A DNA stretch of 64,000 bases from an uncultured bacterium (GTDB lineage Bacteria; Patescibacteriota; Patescibacteriia; Magasanikbacterales; GWA2-37-8), in contig CALCZC010000028.1 in assembly GCA_937903605.1 (NCBI GenBank), positions 6,680-70,679 on the forward strand. The letters are read 5' to 3'. The position numbers and the translations under genes were made by a program. The notes under the pieces are model-generated. The model saw only the letters and a program-made list of their open reading frames with translations, was not told the origin of the DNA and made no database searches. Of the stretch, positions 21,981 to 31,757 are shown piece after piece (position 1 is the stretch's first letter; every line of letters begins with the position of its first letter).

Positions 21981-22862
21981 ATGTTTAATCCTATTGTAGA
22001 AAATGTTAAGCCAAGTAAAGATTATACGCTTCTTGATAGTGGAGATGGCGAAAAATTAGAACGCTACGGTGAGTTTGTTTTGCGTCGTCCGGATCCGCAA
22101 ACTCTTTGGCCAAAAAGTTTGAGCGAAAGTGTTTGGAAAAAAGCGGATGGCTATTTTGAACGTGCGGGGAAAAATGCAGGTTGGAAATTTAATAAGACAA
22201 TTCCCGAACGTTGGGTAATAGAATATGAAGGTTTAAATTTTTGGATCAAGCCCAGCGCTTTCAAACACACCGGTTTATTTCCGGAACAAGCGACGAATTG
22301 GAAGTGGTTTGGAACATTGATTGAAGAAAAAACAAAAAAAGGCGAGGAAGTGAATGTTTTGAATTTATTTGGTTATACTGGCGGCGCTAGTTTATTTGCA
22401 GCCAAATGCGGCGCCAAAGTTTGTCATGTTGACGGCAGTAAGAGTGCCATTGGTTGGGGACGAGATAATGCGGAAATTTCCGGACTCTCTGAAAAACCTA
22501 TCAGATGGATATTGGACGACGCGATGGAATTTGTAAGAAGAGAAATCAAACGCGGAAAAAAATATGATGGCATTATTATGGATCCACCGGCGTTTGGACA
22601 TGGTCCCACAGGTGAGATGTGGAAAATAGAAGAAGATTTTTTGAAACTGCTTGATGCCACACAACAAATTCTAACTGATAAACCGTTATTTTATCTTATC
22701 AACGGTTATGCTTCTGGATATTCGGCTATAGCTTATGGAAATTGTTTATTGCCGATGGAAAAAAAGTTTGGGGGAAAAATAGAAATTGGGGCTTTGACTA
22801 TTGAGGAGGAAAAAAGTGGGAGGTTGTTGCCGTGCGGCATCTTCGGTCGTTGGTCTAAATAA
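21981..22862 (+). CDS. Class I SAM-dependent methyltransferase (RlmI/YccW-like catalytic domain)
   Basis: LFGYTGGASLFAAKCGA (motif I) and IIMDPPAFGHG (motif IV, DPPxF/Y). Confidence 0.55.
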   Translation: MFNPIVENVKPSKDYTLLDSGDGEKLERYGEFVLRRPDPQTLWPKSLSESVWKKADGYFERAGKNAGWKFNKTIPERWVIEYEGLNFWIKPSAFKHTGLFPEQATNWKWFGTLIEEKTKKGEEVNVLNLFGYTGGASLFAAKCGAKVCHVDGSKSAIGWGRDNAEISGLSEKPIRWILDDAMEFVRREIKRGKKYDGIIMDPPAFGHGPTGEMWKIEEDFLKLLDATQQILTDKPLFYLINGYASGYSAIAYGNCLLPMEKKFGGKIEIGALTIEEEKSGRLLPCGIFGRWSK

Positions 22863-22875
22863 TAAAAATAAATAA

Positions 22876-22906
22876 AAACACCGCCCTTTCGGACGGTGTT
22901 TTTTTA
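22876..22906. terminator. Bidirectional terminator
   Basis: AAACACCGCCCTTTCGGACGGTGTTTTTTT. Confidence 0.6.
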
Positions 22907-22911
22907 ATTTT

Positions 22912-23136
22912 TTAATATCCAAGTAAAGCCAACATCCCAATCACTCCGTGAAACACTCCCAATCCAAGTCCGATATAAGCCATGCGGAAATGCCATGTTG
23001 GAGCAATACTCATATTGCCTTTTCTATTTTGATATCCGATGTATGCTCCAAAAGCAAAACAAAGGAAAGTTGCCATTCCTCCCCAAGCGATCATAGGTAT
23101 TCCTAAAATCGGGGAAAGTGCCATTTGTGCGATCAT
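22912..23136 (-). CDS. Small hydrophobic membrane protein (hypothetical)
   Basis: 74-aa ORF with two or three predicted TM helices. Confidence 0.35.
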   Translation of the reverse strand: MIAQMALSPILGIPMIAWGGMATFLCFAFGAYIGYQNRKGNMSIAPTWHFRMAYIGLGLGVFHGVIGMLALLGY

Positions 23137-23226
23137 ATTGATTTAATTAAGAATTAGTAATACTATTATAGCATAAAAAGAAATTAAAAGATTCAAAGAT
23201 TGAAAGATTTAAAGATTATGAACGGT

Positions 23227-23315
23227 CGTCATTCTGAGCACAGCGAAGAATCCCTTATCGTTTAACTTATTTCCTAAAGCATTGTTTAAGGGATCCTTCG
23301 TTTCACTCAGGATGA
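23227..23315. repeat. REP/MITE-like palindromic element, GTCATTCTGAG...CTCAGGATGAC family, copy A
   Basis: GTCATTCTGAGCACAGCGAAGAATCCC...GGGATCCTTCGTTTCACTCAGGATGAC. Near-identical termini to the copy at 51729-51815. Confidence 0.65.
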
Positions 23316-23369
23316 CAATTCGTTTCGTAATTACGTACCCTTTCGTATTTCGTATCTATAGCACAACCT

Positions 23370-24035
23370 ATGCCTACGCTAAAAGTAATTTATGAAGATA
23401 ACCATTTGATAGCTGTTGTGAAACCGGCTGGTTTGGCGACTCAGGGGGATGAAACAAGGGATGTTTGTTTGATGGATGTGGTCAAAGATTATCTCAAAGA
23501 AAAATATAATAAACCAGGAAAAGTATTCTTAGGCTTGCTTCATCGTCTAGATAGACCAGTTTCTGGAATTGTATTACTAGCCAAAACTAGCAAAGGTGCA
23601 AGTAGATTATCCGAGCAAATCAGAAATCATGAAATGAAAAAAGAATACTCAGCATTGGTCATAGGAAAAATGAAAAATAAAAAAGGCACGCTCATCAATT
23701 TTCTCAAACATAATGAAAAAAATAATAAAGCGGAGATTTTTGATAGGGAAGTGGAGGGTAGCCAACGCGCCGAACTTGATTACGAAGTAATAAAAGAAAT
23801 CAAAGGAAATACTTTGGTAAAAATAAATCTCAAAACCGGACGCCACCACCAAATCCGCGCGCAATTCGCGCATCTGGGCCATCCGCTAGTTGGGGATATC
23901 AAATACGGCGCCAAAAATCCGCTACCTGACAAAAGCATTGCTTTGTTTGCGGATAAACTTACTTTCAAAACCGCGACAGGAGATAAGGAGGTAGTGTTGG
24001 AATATAACGATTTTGACTATGGAAAAGATACTTGA
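23370..24035 (+). CDS. RluA-family pseudouridine synthase
   Basis: LHRLDRPVSGIVLLAKT contains the catalytic Asp motif HRLD. Confidence 0.75.
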   Translation: MPTLKVIYEDNHLIAVVKPAGLATQGDETRDVCLMDVVKDYLKEKYNKPGKVFLGLLHRLDRPVSGIVLLAKTSKGASRLSEQIRNHEMKKEYSALVIGKMKNKKGTLINFLKHNEKNNKAEIFDREVEGSQRAELDYEVIKEIKGNTLVKINLKTGRHHQIRAQFAHLGHPLVGDIKYGAKNPLPDKSIALFADKLTFKTATGDKEVVLEYNDFDYGKDT

Positions 24036-25317
24036 TTTACACATTCACTCCAAATATTCGCGAGCTTGCAGCCCGGATTTGGAATTGCCAAAAATTGCAG
24101 ACATGTGTGTGAAAAAGGGGATTGATATTGTCGCTACTGGTGATTTTACGCACCCGAAATGGTTTGAACATATTAAAGAGAATTTGGAAGAAGTTGGTAA
24201 GACAGGGTTATTTAAATTAACTACTTCACCTCAATCCTCTCCTTATAAAGGAGAGGAGGGCAACCCGACACGCTTCATACTTGGTACGGAAATTTCTTGC
24301 ATTTATCGCGACAAAGAAAAATGCCGCAGATTGCATTTATTAATTTTTGCGCCGAATTTAATAGCGGTGGAAAAAATAAATACAGAATTTGATAAAAGAG
24401 GATTAAATCGCAAATCTGACGGTCGTCCGATTATCGGGTTATCAGCCAAAGAATTATTGGAATTAATTTTACGCGCGGATAAAAGATGTTTTATGATTCC
24501 AGCACATGTCTGGACTCCTTGGTTTGCGGTTTTTGGTTCTAAATCAGGTTACGACAGTTTGCAAGAATGTTTTGAGGAAATGACTCTGCAAATTTTTGCC
24601 GCGGAAACCGGTTTAAGCTCGGACATCGTGATGAATAGGCGGTTAAGTCAATTGGATAAAATTACTTTGATTTCCAATTCCGACGCGCACAGTTTGGATA
24701 AGCTCGGACGCGAAGCTAATGTTTTTGATTTTGCGGATGAAAAAGAAATCACTTACGACAATATCGTGAAAATTTTAAAAACCGGAGATAAAAAGAAATT
24801 TTTATACACCATAGAGTTTTATCCCGAAGAAGGAAAATATCAATACGACGGCCATGCGGTTTGCGGAGTTTGTTTGTCCCCAAAACAAAGCAAGAAAGAA
24901 AAAAATATTTGCCCCAAATGCAAGAAACCGCTTGTTATCGGGGTGGAACATCGGGTGGATGATTTGGCGGACAGGGAAGCGGGAGAAATTCCTTGGAAAA
25001 AATTCGTGCCGTATAAATATATCGTGCCGCTGAGCGAAATTTTGGCGCAGATTTTGGGAGTCGGTTCCAAATCCAAAAAAGTTGTTGCTGAATATGAATA
25101 TTTGCTAAAAAATATCGGCAGTGAATTTTATATTTTGATAAAAGCCGGTAAAGAAGAAATAGAAAAGCACACCCATTATCCAGAGCTCTGGCGTGCTATA
25201 GACAACATGCACTCCGGCAGAGTGGATTTATCTCCGGGATATGATGGGGTGTATGGGAAGATTGGATTGATAGGGGAGAAAGAAATTAAAAAACCGGTGC
25301 AAAAGAGTTTGATATAA
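24013..25317 (+). CDS. PHP-domain protein, endonuclease Q-like (TIGR00375 family), with a C-terminal Cys4 zinc ribbon
   Basis: N-terminal LDLHIHSKYSRACSP (PHP HxH). CGVCLSPKQSKKEKNICPKCKKP is a zinc finger. Confidence 0.45.
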   Translation: MTMEKILDLHIHSKYSRACSPDLELPKIADMCVKKGIDIVATGDFTHPKWFEHIKENLEEVGKTGLFKLTTSPQSSPYKGEEGNPTRFILGTEISCIYRDKEKCRRLHLLIFAPNLIAVEKINTEFDKRGLNRKSDGRPIIGLSAKELLELILRADKRCFMIPAHVWTPWFAVFGSKSGYDSLQECFEEMTLQIFAAETGLSSDIVMNRRLSQLDKITLISNSDAHSLDKLGREANVFDFADEKEITYDNIVKILKTGDKKKFLYTIEFYPEEGKYQYDGHAVCGVCLSPKQSKKEKNICPKCKKPLVIGVEHRVDDLADREAGEIPWKKFVPYKYIVPLSEILAQILGVGSKSKKVVAEYEYLLKNIGSEFYILIKAGKEEIEKHTHYPELWRAIDNMHSGRVDLSPGYDGVYGKIGLIGEKEIKKPVQKSLI

Positions 25318-25564
25318 TCCGAATCTACAAATTAATCCCAGTAGCAGAACACTATTGTATTCGCTACGGGACAGGTATCCGAATTCCCCGAATTACCGCG
25401 ACATCCGAATTATTCGGGTGTTTTTATTTATTCGGAGCATTCGGATTATTGTAAAAAAAGACGGTCAGGATGGGGTGGGGATAGGAGTATTGACAAAACC
25501 GTCAAAATAGGGTAATGTAACTTGTTCTTTTTGTTTTTTATTTTTTTATTTTTTGGAGGTTTTC

Positions 25565-25750
25565 ATGCACAGTGGAGACAAAGATGATGCTGTAAAAGTA
25601 TCAAAAGACGGAGAAACCCAGGAAGAGTCTTCTGAAGTTGGTAGAATGTATGAAATAGCCCCTGTTTTCTTCACAAACGAAGATCCTGGAGTTGATAGAT
25701 TTATTAACTATCAGAAAAAGTTTTTCGAAAGAAATTTCGACAAACTCTAA
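25565..25750 (+). CDS. Small acidic hypothetical protein (61 aa)
   Basis: GGAGG RBS sits 5 nt upstream of ATG 25565. The ORF-track TTG at 25553 is rejected. Confidence 0.3.
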   Translation: MHSGDKDDAVKVSKDGETQEESSEVGRMYEIAPVFFTNEDPGVDRFINYQKKFFERNFDKL

Positions 25751-25931
25751 GCGTTGCTTTATTCAGGTGGCGCTTTTTTTATTCACCCCGTGAAATTTCG
25801 TCCCGATTTTATATCGGGACGAACCTGCCGAAGGCAGGATTTCACTGGGGTGAACCCTGCTAAACAGCGCAAAGCGCCAATTTTTACCTGAGGGTAAAAA
25901 TTATTTCACAGGGTAAATCCTAGTACCACCC

Positions 25932-25960
25932 TTGACTTATTTGTTTTAGTTTGGTATTAT
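25932..25960 (+). promoter_or_regulatory. Promoter of the rpsL-rpsG-fusA (str) operon
   Basis: TTGACT, 17-nt spacer, TATTAT, ~120 nt upstream of rpsL. Confidence 0.5.
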
Positions 25961-26080
25961 TTTATTCGAACGTAAACGTCTAAAAAGCGTTAAGAAATCG
26001 TGGCTGATTTTGAAACGTTATTTTTTGTTATTTAATTTATAAAATAAGCTCGTCATCGAGCTCAAAATCAAAGCATTTTT

Positions 26081-26509
26081 ATGCCTACAATTAACCAAAT
26101 CATCAGAAAAGGGCGCAGAGACAAAATTGTAAAAAGCAAAAACCCTGCTATGCAATTTACGATTGATAATTTACATCGTCGTAAAACTGTTTTTGCCAAA
26201 GGTTGCGCTTTTAAACGAGGTGTTTGCACCAAAGTTTATACTACTACTCCAAAAAAACCGAACTCAGCTTTGCGTAAAGTCGCCAAAGTTCGTTTGAGCA
26301 ACGGCGTGGAAGTTATCGCTTATATTCCGGGCGAAGGTCATAACCTTCAAGAGCACTCCATCGTATTAATTCGCGGCGGTCGCATAAAAGATCTTCCGGG
26401 TGTTCGTTATCATATTGTTCGCGGTGTTTATGATACTCAAGGTATCGAAAGTCGTCGCCGTGGTCGCAGTGTTTACGGAACCAAAAAACCGAAAGCAAAG
26501 AAAGCGTAA
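26081..26509 (+). CDS. rpsL: 30S ribosomal protein S12
   Basis: [13 protein letters not shown]...[11 protein letters not shown]...[18 protein letters not shown]. Confidence 0.95.
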   Translation: MPTINQIIRKGRRDKIVKSKNPAMQFTIDNLHRRKTVFAKGCAFKRGVCTKVYTTTPKKPNSALRKVAKVRLSNGVEVIAYIPGEGHNLQEHSIVLIRGGRIKDLPGVRYHIVRGVYDTQGIESRRRGRSVYGTKKPKAKKA

Positions 26510-26628
26510 TGCAAGTTCTAGGTGATTTATCGCGCTAAGGCGCTTGAAATATCGCTTCGCTTGTTTAAATCGTCTTTAACAATTAGAACATCTAGAACAA
26601 TTACAAACATCTAATAACTTATTAATAT

Positions 26629-27105
26629 ATGCGTGGAAAAAAAGCAATTAAAAGAGAAATTATTCCTGATCCGAAATACGGCAGTGTATTGCTTGCCAAA
26701 TTCATCAATTATGTGATGCAAGACGGTAAAAAAAATACAGCTCAAAGAATAGTTTATGAATCTTTGGACAAGATAGCGGCTTTGGCAAAAAAAGATGCCA
26801 TGGTTGTTTTTGAAGAAGCTATTCGCACAGTAGCTCCGCAAGTGGAAGTTCGTTCCAAAAGAGTTGGTGGTGCCAATTATCAAGTACCGCTCCCGGTTCG
26901 CGGTGAACGTCAAAATTCTTTGGCTTTCCGTTGGATTATCGGTGCGGCCCAAGCTAAAAAAGGTCAACCAATGGCTCAAAAATTGGCCACTGTTTTATTT
27001 GAAGCGTCCCAAGGATTGGGTGATGCTATCAAGAAACGCGATGATGTCCACAGAATGGCTGAGGCTAATAAAGCTTTCGCTCATTTTGCCAGATTCGCTA
27101 AATAA
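26629..27105 (+). CDS. rpsG: 30S ribosomal protein S7
   Basis: IIPDPKYGS...GKKNTAQRIVYESL...VEVRSKRVGGANYQVP. Confidence 0.95.
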   Translation: MRGKKAIKREIIPDPKYGSVLLAKFINYVMQDGKKNTAQRIVYESLDKIAALAKKDAMVVFEEAIRTVAPQVEVRSKRVGGANYQVPLPVRGERQNSLAFRWIIGAAQAKKGQPMAQKLATVLFEASQGLGDAIKKRDDVHRMAEANKAFAHFARFAK

Positions 27106-27121
27106 GTAATTGATACAAAAT

Positions 27122-27193
27122 GTCATCCCCGCGAAGGCGGGGATCCAGGAAAAATTAAGATAGCCACTGGATTCCCGCCTTCGCGGGAATGAC
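27122..27193. repeat. REP-like palindromic element (GTCATCCCCGCGAAGGCGGGGATCC ... GGATTCCCGCCTTCGCGGGAATGAC) in the rpsG-fusA spacer
   Basis: Perfect ~25-bp inverted arms, each itself containing a GC hairpin. Same GTCAT...ATGAC termini family as the other copies. Confidence 0.65.
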
Positions 27194-27235
27194 AAAAATA
27201 AAAATTGAAAATTAAAAATTAAAAATTATTTAACT

Positions 27236-29317
27236 ATGCCTCGTGAATATCCTTTGGATAAAACTAGAAATATCGGTATCATGGCTCACATTGATGCCGG
27301 CAAAACCACTTTTTCCGAACGCGTTTTGTTTTATACCGGACGCAAACATAAAATCGGCGAAGTACATGAAGGTGCTGCGGAAATGGATTGGATGGAACAA
27401 GAAAAAGAACGCGGTATCACTATAACTTCCGCCGCTACCACTTGTTTTTGGAAAAACTATCGTATCAATTTGATTGATACTCCAGGGCACGTAGATTTTA
27501 CCGTAGAGGTAGAGCGCTCTTTGCGTGTGCTTGACGGTGCTGTCGCTGTTTTTGACGGATCCCAAGGTGTGGAACCTCAATCGGAAACCGTTTGGCATCA
27601 AGCCACCAAATATGATGTGCCTCGTATCGCTTTTGCCAACAAAATGGACAAAATGGGCGCGGATTTTTATATGACATTGGCTTCCATCAGAGAACGCTTG
27701 AGTAAAGATGCTGTAGCTATTCAATTGCCAATTGGTGCAGAAAGTACTTTTGCCGGGCTTATTGATTTGATAGAGGAAAAAGCTTATAAAGTTGAAGGTA
27801 AAAACGGTGAAAATATCGTGGAAATTCCGATCCCTGAAGACATGAAAGATAATGTTGTTAAATATCGCGCGGAAATGATTGAAAAAATTTCCGAAGCCAA
27901 TGATGAAACTATGGGAAAATTTTTGAACGGCGAAGCTTTGTCTGTTGAAGAAATTAAAAAAGCTATTCGTGAAATGGTTATTGCCAATCGTTTGTTCCCG
28001 GTAATGTGCGGTTCTGCTTTGAGCAATATCGGCGTACAGCTGGCCCTTGATGCGGTCGTTGCATATTTACCAGCTCCAACAGATGTTCCGGAAATCAGAG
28101 GAACTGATCCGGAAACCGGAGAAGCCATGGCTCGTAAAGCTGATGACAACGAACCTTTTTCCGCTTTGGCTTTCAAAGTGGCTACCGATCCGTTTGTTGG
28201 TCGTCTTATTTTCTTTCGTGTATATTCAGGTAAGGTAACTTCCGGTTCTTATGTTTTCAATTCTTCCAAAGGCGAAAAAGAAAGAATCTCTCGTATCGTG
28301 CGTATGCATGCCAATCACCGCGAAGATGTGAATGAAGTTTTTGCCGGTGAAATCGCCGCCGCTATCGGTCTTAAAGACACTATTACCGGTGACACTCTTT
28401 GCGATGAGGCTAAACCGATTGTTTTGGAAAAAATCACTTTTCCGGAACCGGTTATTTCCGTCGCGATTGAACCGAAAACCAAAGCTGACCAAGAAAAAAT
28501 CGGTATGGCTTTGCAAAAACTTACCGAAGAGGATCCCACTTTCCGTGTTCATACTGATGAAGAAACTCTCCAAACTATCATTGAGGGTATGGGTGAGTTA
28601 CATTTGGAAATTATCGTTGATCGCATGAAACGTGAATTTAAAGTGGAAGCTAATGTTGGCGCTCCGCAAGTAGCTTACAAAGAAACTATCAAAAATTCTT
28701 CCGAAGCCGAAGGGAAATACGTCAAACAATCCGGCGGTCGCGGTCAATACGGTCACTGCTGGTTACGCGTGGAACCGCAAGACGACAAAACCAAAGGCAA
28801 TTTTGAATTTATTGATGCCATCAAAGGCGGTGTTGTTCCTCGTGAATATATCCCGGCGATTGAAAAAGGTATCAAAGAAGCTATCACTCGCGGTATCCAA
28901 GCAGGTTATCCGGTAGTGGATATCAAAGTTACATGTTACGACGGTTCTTATCACGAAGTTGACTCTTCTGAAGCTGCTTTCAAAATGGCCGGCTCTATGG
29001 CGTTTCAAGATGCTTGTCGTAAAGCTAATCCGATAATTTTGGAACCTATTATGAAAGTGGAAGTTTTGGTTCCGGAACAATTCATGGGTGATGTTATCGG
29101 TGATCTTAATTCCAAACGTGGTCAAATCCAAGAAATGACAGATCGTGGACAGCTCAAAGCCGTGCGCGCTATCGTGCCATTGGCGTCCATGTTTGGTTAT
29201 ACCACCAACTTGCGTAATATCACGCAAGGTCGCGCCAGCTCTACCATGGAATTTTCTCATTATGCTGAAGTTCCGGGTAATGTCGCGCAAAATATCATCT
29301 CAGGAAAACAAAAATAA
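27236..29317 (+). CDS. fusA: Elongation factor G
   Basis: [30 protein letters not shown] and all five EF-G domains. 693 aa. Confidence 0.95.
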   Translation: MPREYPLDKTRNIGIMAHIDAGKTTFSERVLFYTGRKHKIGEVHEGAAEMDWMEQEKERGITITSAATTCFWKNYRINLIDTPGHVDFTVEVERSLRVLDGAVAVFDGSQGVEPQSETVWHQATKYDVPRIAFANKMDKMGADFYMTLASIRERLSKDAVAIQLPIGAESTFAGLIDLIEEKAYKVEGKNGENIVEIPIPEDMKDNVVKYRAEMIEKISEANDETMGKFLNGEALSVEEIKKAIREMVIANRLFPVMCGSALSNIGVQLALDAVVAYLPAPTDVPEIRGTDPETGEAMARKADDNEPFSALAFKVATDPFVGRLIFFRVYSGKVTSGSYVFNSSKGEKERISRIVRMHANHREDVNEVFAGEIAAAIGLKDTITGDTLCDEAKPIVLEKITFPEPVISVAIEPKTKADQEKIGMALQKLTEEDPTFRVHTDEETLQTIIEGMGELHLEIIVDRMKREFKVEANVGAPQVAYKETIKNSSEAEGKYVKQSGGRGQYGHCWLRVEPQDDKTKGNFEFIDAIKGGVVPREYIPAIEKGIKEAITRGIQAGYPVVDIKVTCYDGSYHEVDSSEAAFKMAGSMAFQDACRKANPIILEPIMKVEVLVPEQFMGDVIGDLNSKRGQIQEMTDRGQLKAVRAIVPLASMFGYTTNLRNITQGRASSTMEFSHYAEVPGNVAQNIISGKQK

Positions 29318-29333
29318 TCACTTTGTTTAATAA

Positions 29334-29368
29334 AAAAATCTCTCCGTTTTTACGGAGAGATTTTTTGT
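29334..29368. terminator. Bidirectional terminator after fusA
   Basis: ATCTCTCCGTTTTTACGGAGAGAT flanked by A and T runs. Confidence 0.6.
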
Positions 29369-29377
29369 TTTTATTTT

Positions 29378-29764
29378 TTAGGCTCTGCCTATTCTTTTTC
29401 TAGCTTGTTCCAATTCTTTTTGTTCCAGTTCTTCCTGGGAAATGATTTTGGTTTTTGATTCTTCTCCTTCAAATTCATCCTCATCATAAAGAAAAGGATT
29501 GGATATGTGGATTTCTTCCAAATCTTTGATGTTTTGTTCGGTCAATACACTGCGACTTTTCAAGTCTTCGCGCTCCGCAATTTTCAACCTTTCTTCAAAA
29601 GGTATTTTTGATTCTTTTTCTATCTCTTTATTTATGCGTTTTTGTCTAAACTTCATTTCTTCGGCTTCTTTGGCTTCTGCCAAGTCCCATTTCTTTTTGT
29701 TGTTTGTTTTGGTCATATGATTTTTATGTTCTTGCGGATTAAAACCCGCTGTTTCTGATCTCAT
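29378..29764 (-). CDS. Hypothetical highly charged protein (128 aa)
   Basis: ORF with E/K-rich composition. Confidence 0.4.
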   Translation of the reverse strand: MRSETAGFNPQEHKNHMTKTNNKKKWDLAEAKEAEEMKFRQKRINKEIEKESKIPFEERLKIAEREDLKSRSVLTEQNIKDLEEIHISNPFLYDEDEFEGEESKTKIISQEELEQKELEQARKRIGRA

Positions 29765-29781
29765 ATATTTAAAATTATTTT

Positions 29782-30642
29782 TTAAGTTGTTATTAGATTG
29801 TCTAAATCATTTTTTTCCGCAGAATTGACAGCCAGAGATTTTAAAACTTGTTCAAAGAACGATTTTCCTTTTTCACCGGACTCTTTTGAGATGTTTTGAA
29901 CTAAATTTTCAGGGCTTTCTTTTAGATAACTGCTAATTATTTGTATGTTCTTTTTACCTTTCTCTACCAACTTCATAGAATCGGCGCTACCGGGATCATA
30001 ATTTTCAGCTAGGTTTTCTATTTGTTTTAATTTTTCCAATACAAGCTTATCTTCCAAACTTATGGGTTTTCCATTTACCATTTCAAAGCCTTCTCTTAGA
30101 TAATCTTTGTAATCTATCGGCTTAGAGATCCAATCGGTTTGTTTGGAAATATCAATTAAAAAATTTCTAAAATTTTTCAATGATTCCGTTAATTTTTTTT
30201 CTGCAATGATTTCGCCTCCGCCTTCGGTTTCTCCAATAAGTTTTTCTTGTTTTAGCAATTCAGTTTCGTTATGTTTTTCAACTTCCATTAAAAACATCCA
30301 AGTGATATATAGGTCATTGAATTCCAATTTTTCTTCTTGGATTATTTTTTTAATAAAGATTTCTTTTTCTTCCGGAGAATTTAATTTTTCATATTCTAAA
30401 AACAATTTCCTCATTTTTTGATAGTAACCTTTTTTAAGTTCGTTGTTTTTAAATTCAGTGTATTCTATATCCGGTTTTAAGGGTTTTTTTACTTTCTTCA
30501 TATCTTCTTCAGCCATCTTTTCCAACACTTTTAATTTTTCTGATAATGCAGGGTCTGTGGAAGTGATATAAAAATCATCCTTTTTTTCAGGCTCTTTGTC
30601 TTTTTTTAAAAATTCATATTTTGTAGGAAAAGAATTTTCCAT
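29782..30642 (-). CDS. Hypothetical charged, helical protein (286 aa)
   Basis: ORF preceded by an AT-rich region. No motif recognised. Confidence 0.45.
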   Translation of the reverse strand: MENSFPTKYEFLKKDKEPEKKDDFYITSTDPALSEKLKVLEKMAEEDMKKVKKPLKPDIEYTEFKNNELKKGYYQKMRKLFLEYEKLNSPEEKEIFIKKIIQEEKLEFNDLYITWMFLMEVEKHNETELLKQEKLIGETEGGGEIIAEKKLTESLKNFRNFLIDISKQTDWISKPIDYKDYLREGFEMVNGKPISLEDKLVLEKLKQIENLAENYDPGSADSMKLVEKGKKNIQIISSYLKESPENLVQNISKESGEKGKSFFEQVLKSLAVNSAEKNDLDNLITT

Positions 30643-30905
30643 ATTTTTGTTTTATATTAGCCAATAAACGTTGTATTATAGCACATTTTAGCATGTTTGT
30701 CAAGCCCTTTTTGGAGCTTTTTGGCTAATACTAGCCAAAATAGATTTTTTAGTTCTATCAATATTTTATCATAAAATTTAAAAAAATCAAAATAGCTAAT
30801 ATTTCTTATAGTTATAGTCCATAGTCTGTAGACCGAAGTCCGAAGACCATCTTGACTTTTTCTTAACCAATGTTACAATAAAAAAACTTTTTAATAACTA
30901 TTTTT

Positions 30906-31484
30906 ATGCTTAATAAAATTTTAAAAGATTTGTTCAAATTATTGCGTCAAACCGAGGGTAGAGGTGTCTTGGCAGATAGTGATAACGGTGATTTATACGT
31001 TATTTTACCGGCTACCGAGTATAAGCGATTAACTGCTGGTACACATCATCAAATAGCCAATCTCAACGAAGAAGAAATGTTAGAAAAGGTGAACAAGGAA
31101 ATTGCTTTTTGGCATTCTTTACAAGAAGAAAAGCAAAAATATGAAGAATTTGAAGAAATTTTGCGTAAGAATAAAGAAAAAAAGAGTTTAAATAGGGCTT
31201 TGGAGCAACTTATCAGAGAAGATAGAAAAGTTAGCCAACCAGAGATAAATTTTAGCAGAAATGAGCGAAAAAATCCGATGGGTCCGGGTCTGGTTTCTTT
31301 GAAAGATGTTTTAACCACCCAAGATGTTTTTCGTCGTCGAGATGTGAAAAAAGAGGATTTTGAGCAGAAATTACGCAAAAAAACCGATCCTGATCAAGAT
31401 TTTTATCCTAGTAAATTCTTTGAAGAAGAAAATTTGAGTGATATTCCTCAGGAAGAAAATTTTTATCTGGAACCAGTTGAATAA
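30906..31484 (+). CDS. Hypothetical charged protein (192 aa)
   Basis: ORF with a promoter-like TTGACT, 16-nt spacer, TACAAT at 30853-30880. Confidence 0.45.
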   Translation: MLNKILKDLFKLLRQTEGRGVLADSDNGDLYVILPATEYKRLTAGTHHQIANLNEEEMLEKVNKEIAFWHSLQEEKQKYEEFEEILRKNKEKKSLNRALEQLIREDRKVSQPEINFSRNERKNPMGPGLVSLKDVLTTQDVFRRRDVKKEDFEQKLRKKTDPDQDFYPSKFFEEENLSDIPQEENFYLEPVE

Positions 31485-31580
31485 AGACTGAATAATGGGT
31501 ATTTTTGTAAGTTACAGATGACAAGCTGTGGATTATAAGCTATTCGCTAACTTGTGCACAAAATGTCCACAACGACCCTC

Positions 31581-31609
31581 TTGTCAAAAATTAAAATATC
31601 TGTTACAAT
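31581..31609 (+). promoter_or_regulatory. Promoter upstream of tuf
   Basis: TTGTCA, 17-nt spacer, TACAAT. Confidence 0.45.
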
Positions 31610-31757
31610 GCAAAAGCTATTAAAAAACAGCTATTAACCAAAATGGTTACGGGCTGTTGTTTGATAACATTTTTTAATTTATTTTTTTCGCGGTTGGATC
31701 ACAAAACTTAAAACCCGACCACTCGGGAGAAGTGCCGCAATATTTATGTTAACCAAT

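Noticed and set aside
25553-25555. TTG start proposed by the ORF track for the small acidic protein
   Set aside because: The TTG is part of the GGAGG Shine-Dalgarno context itself. The ATG 7 nt downstream of GGAGG (25565) is the plausible initiator.
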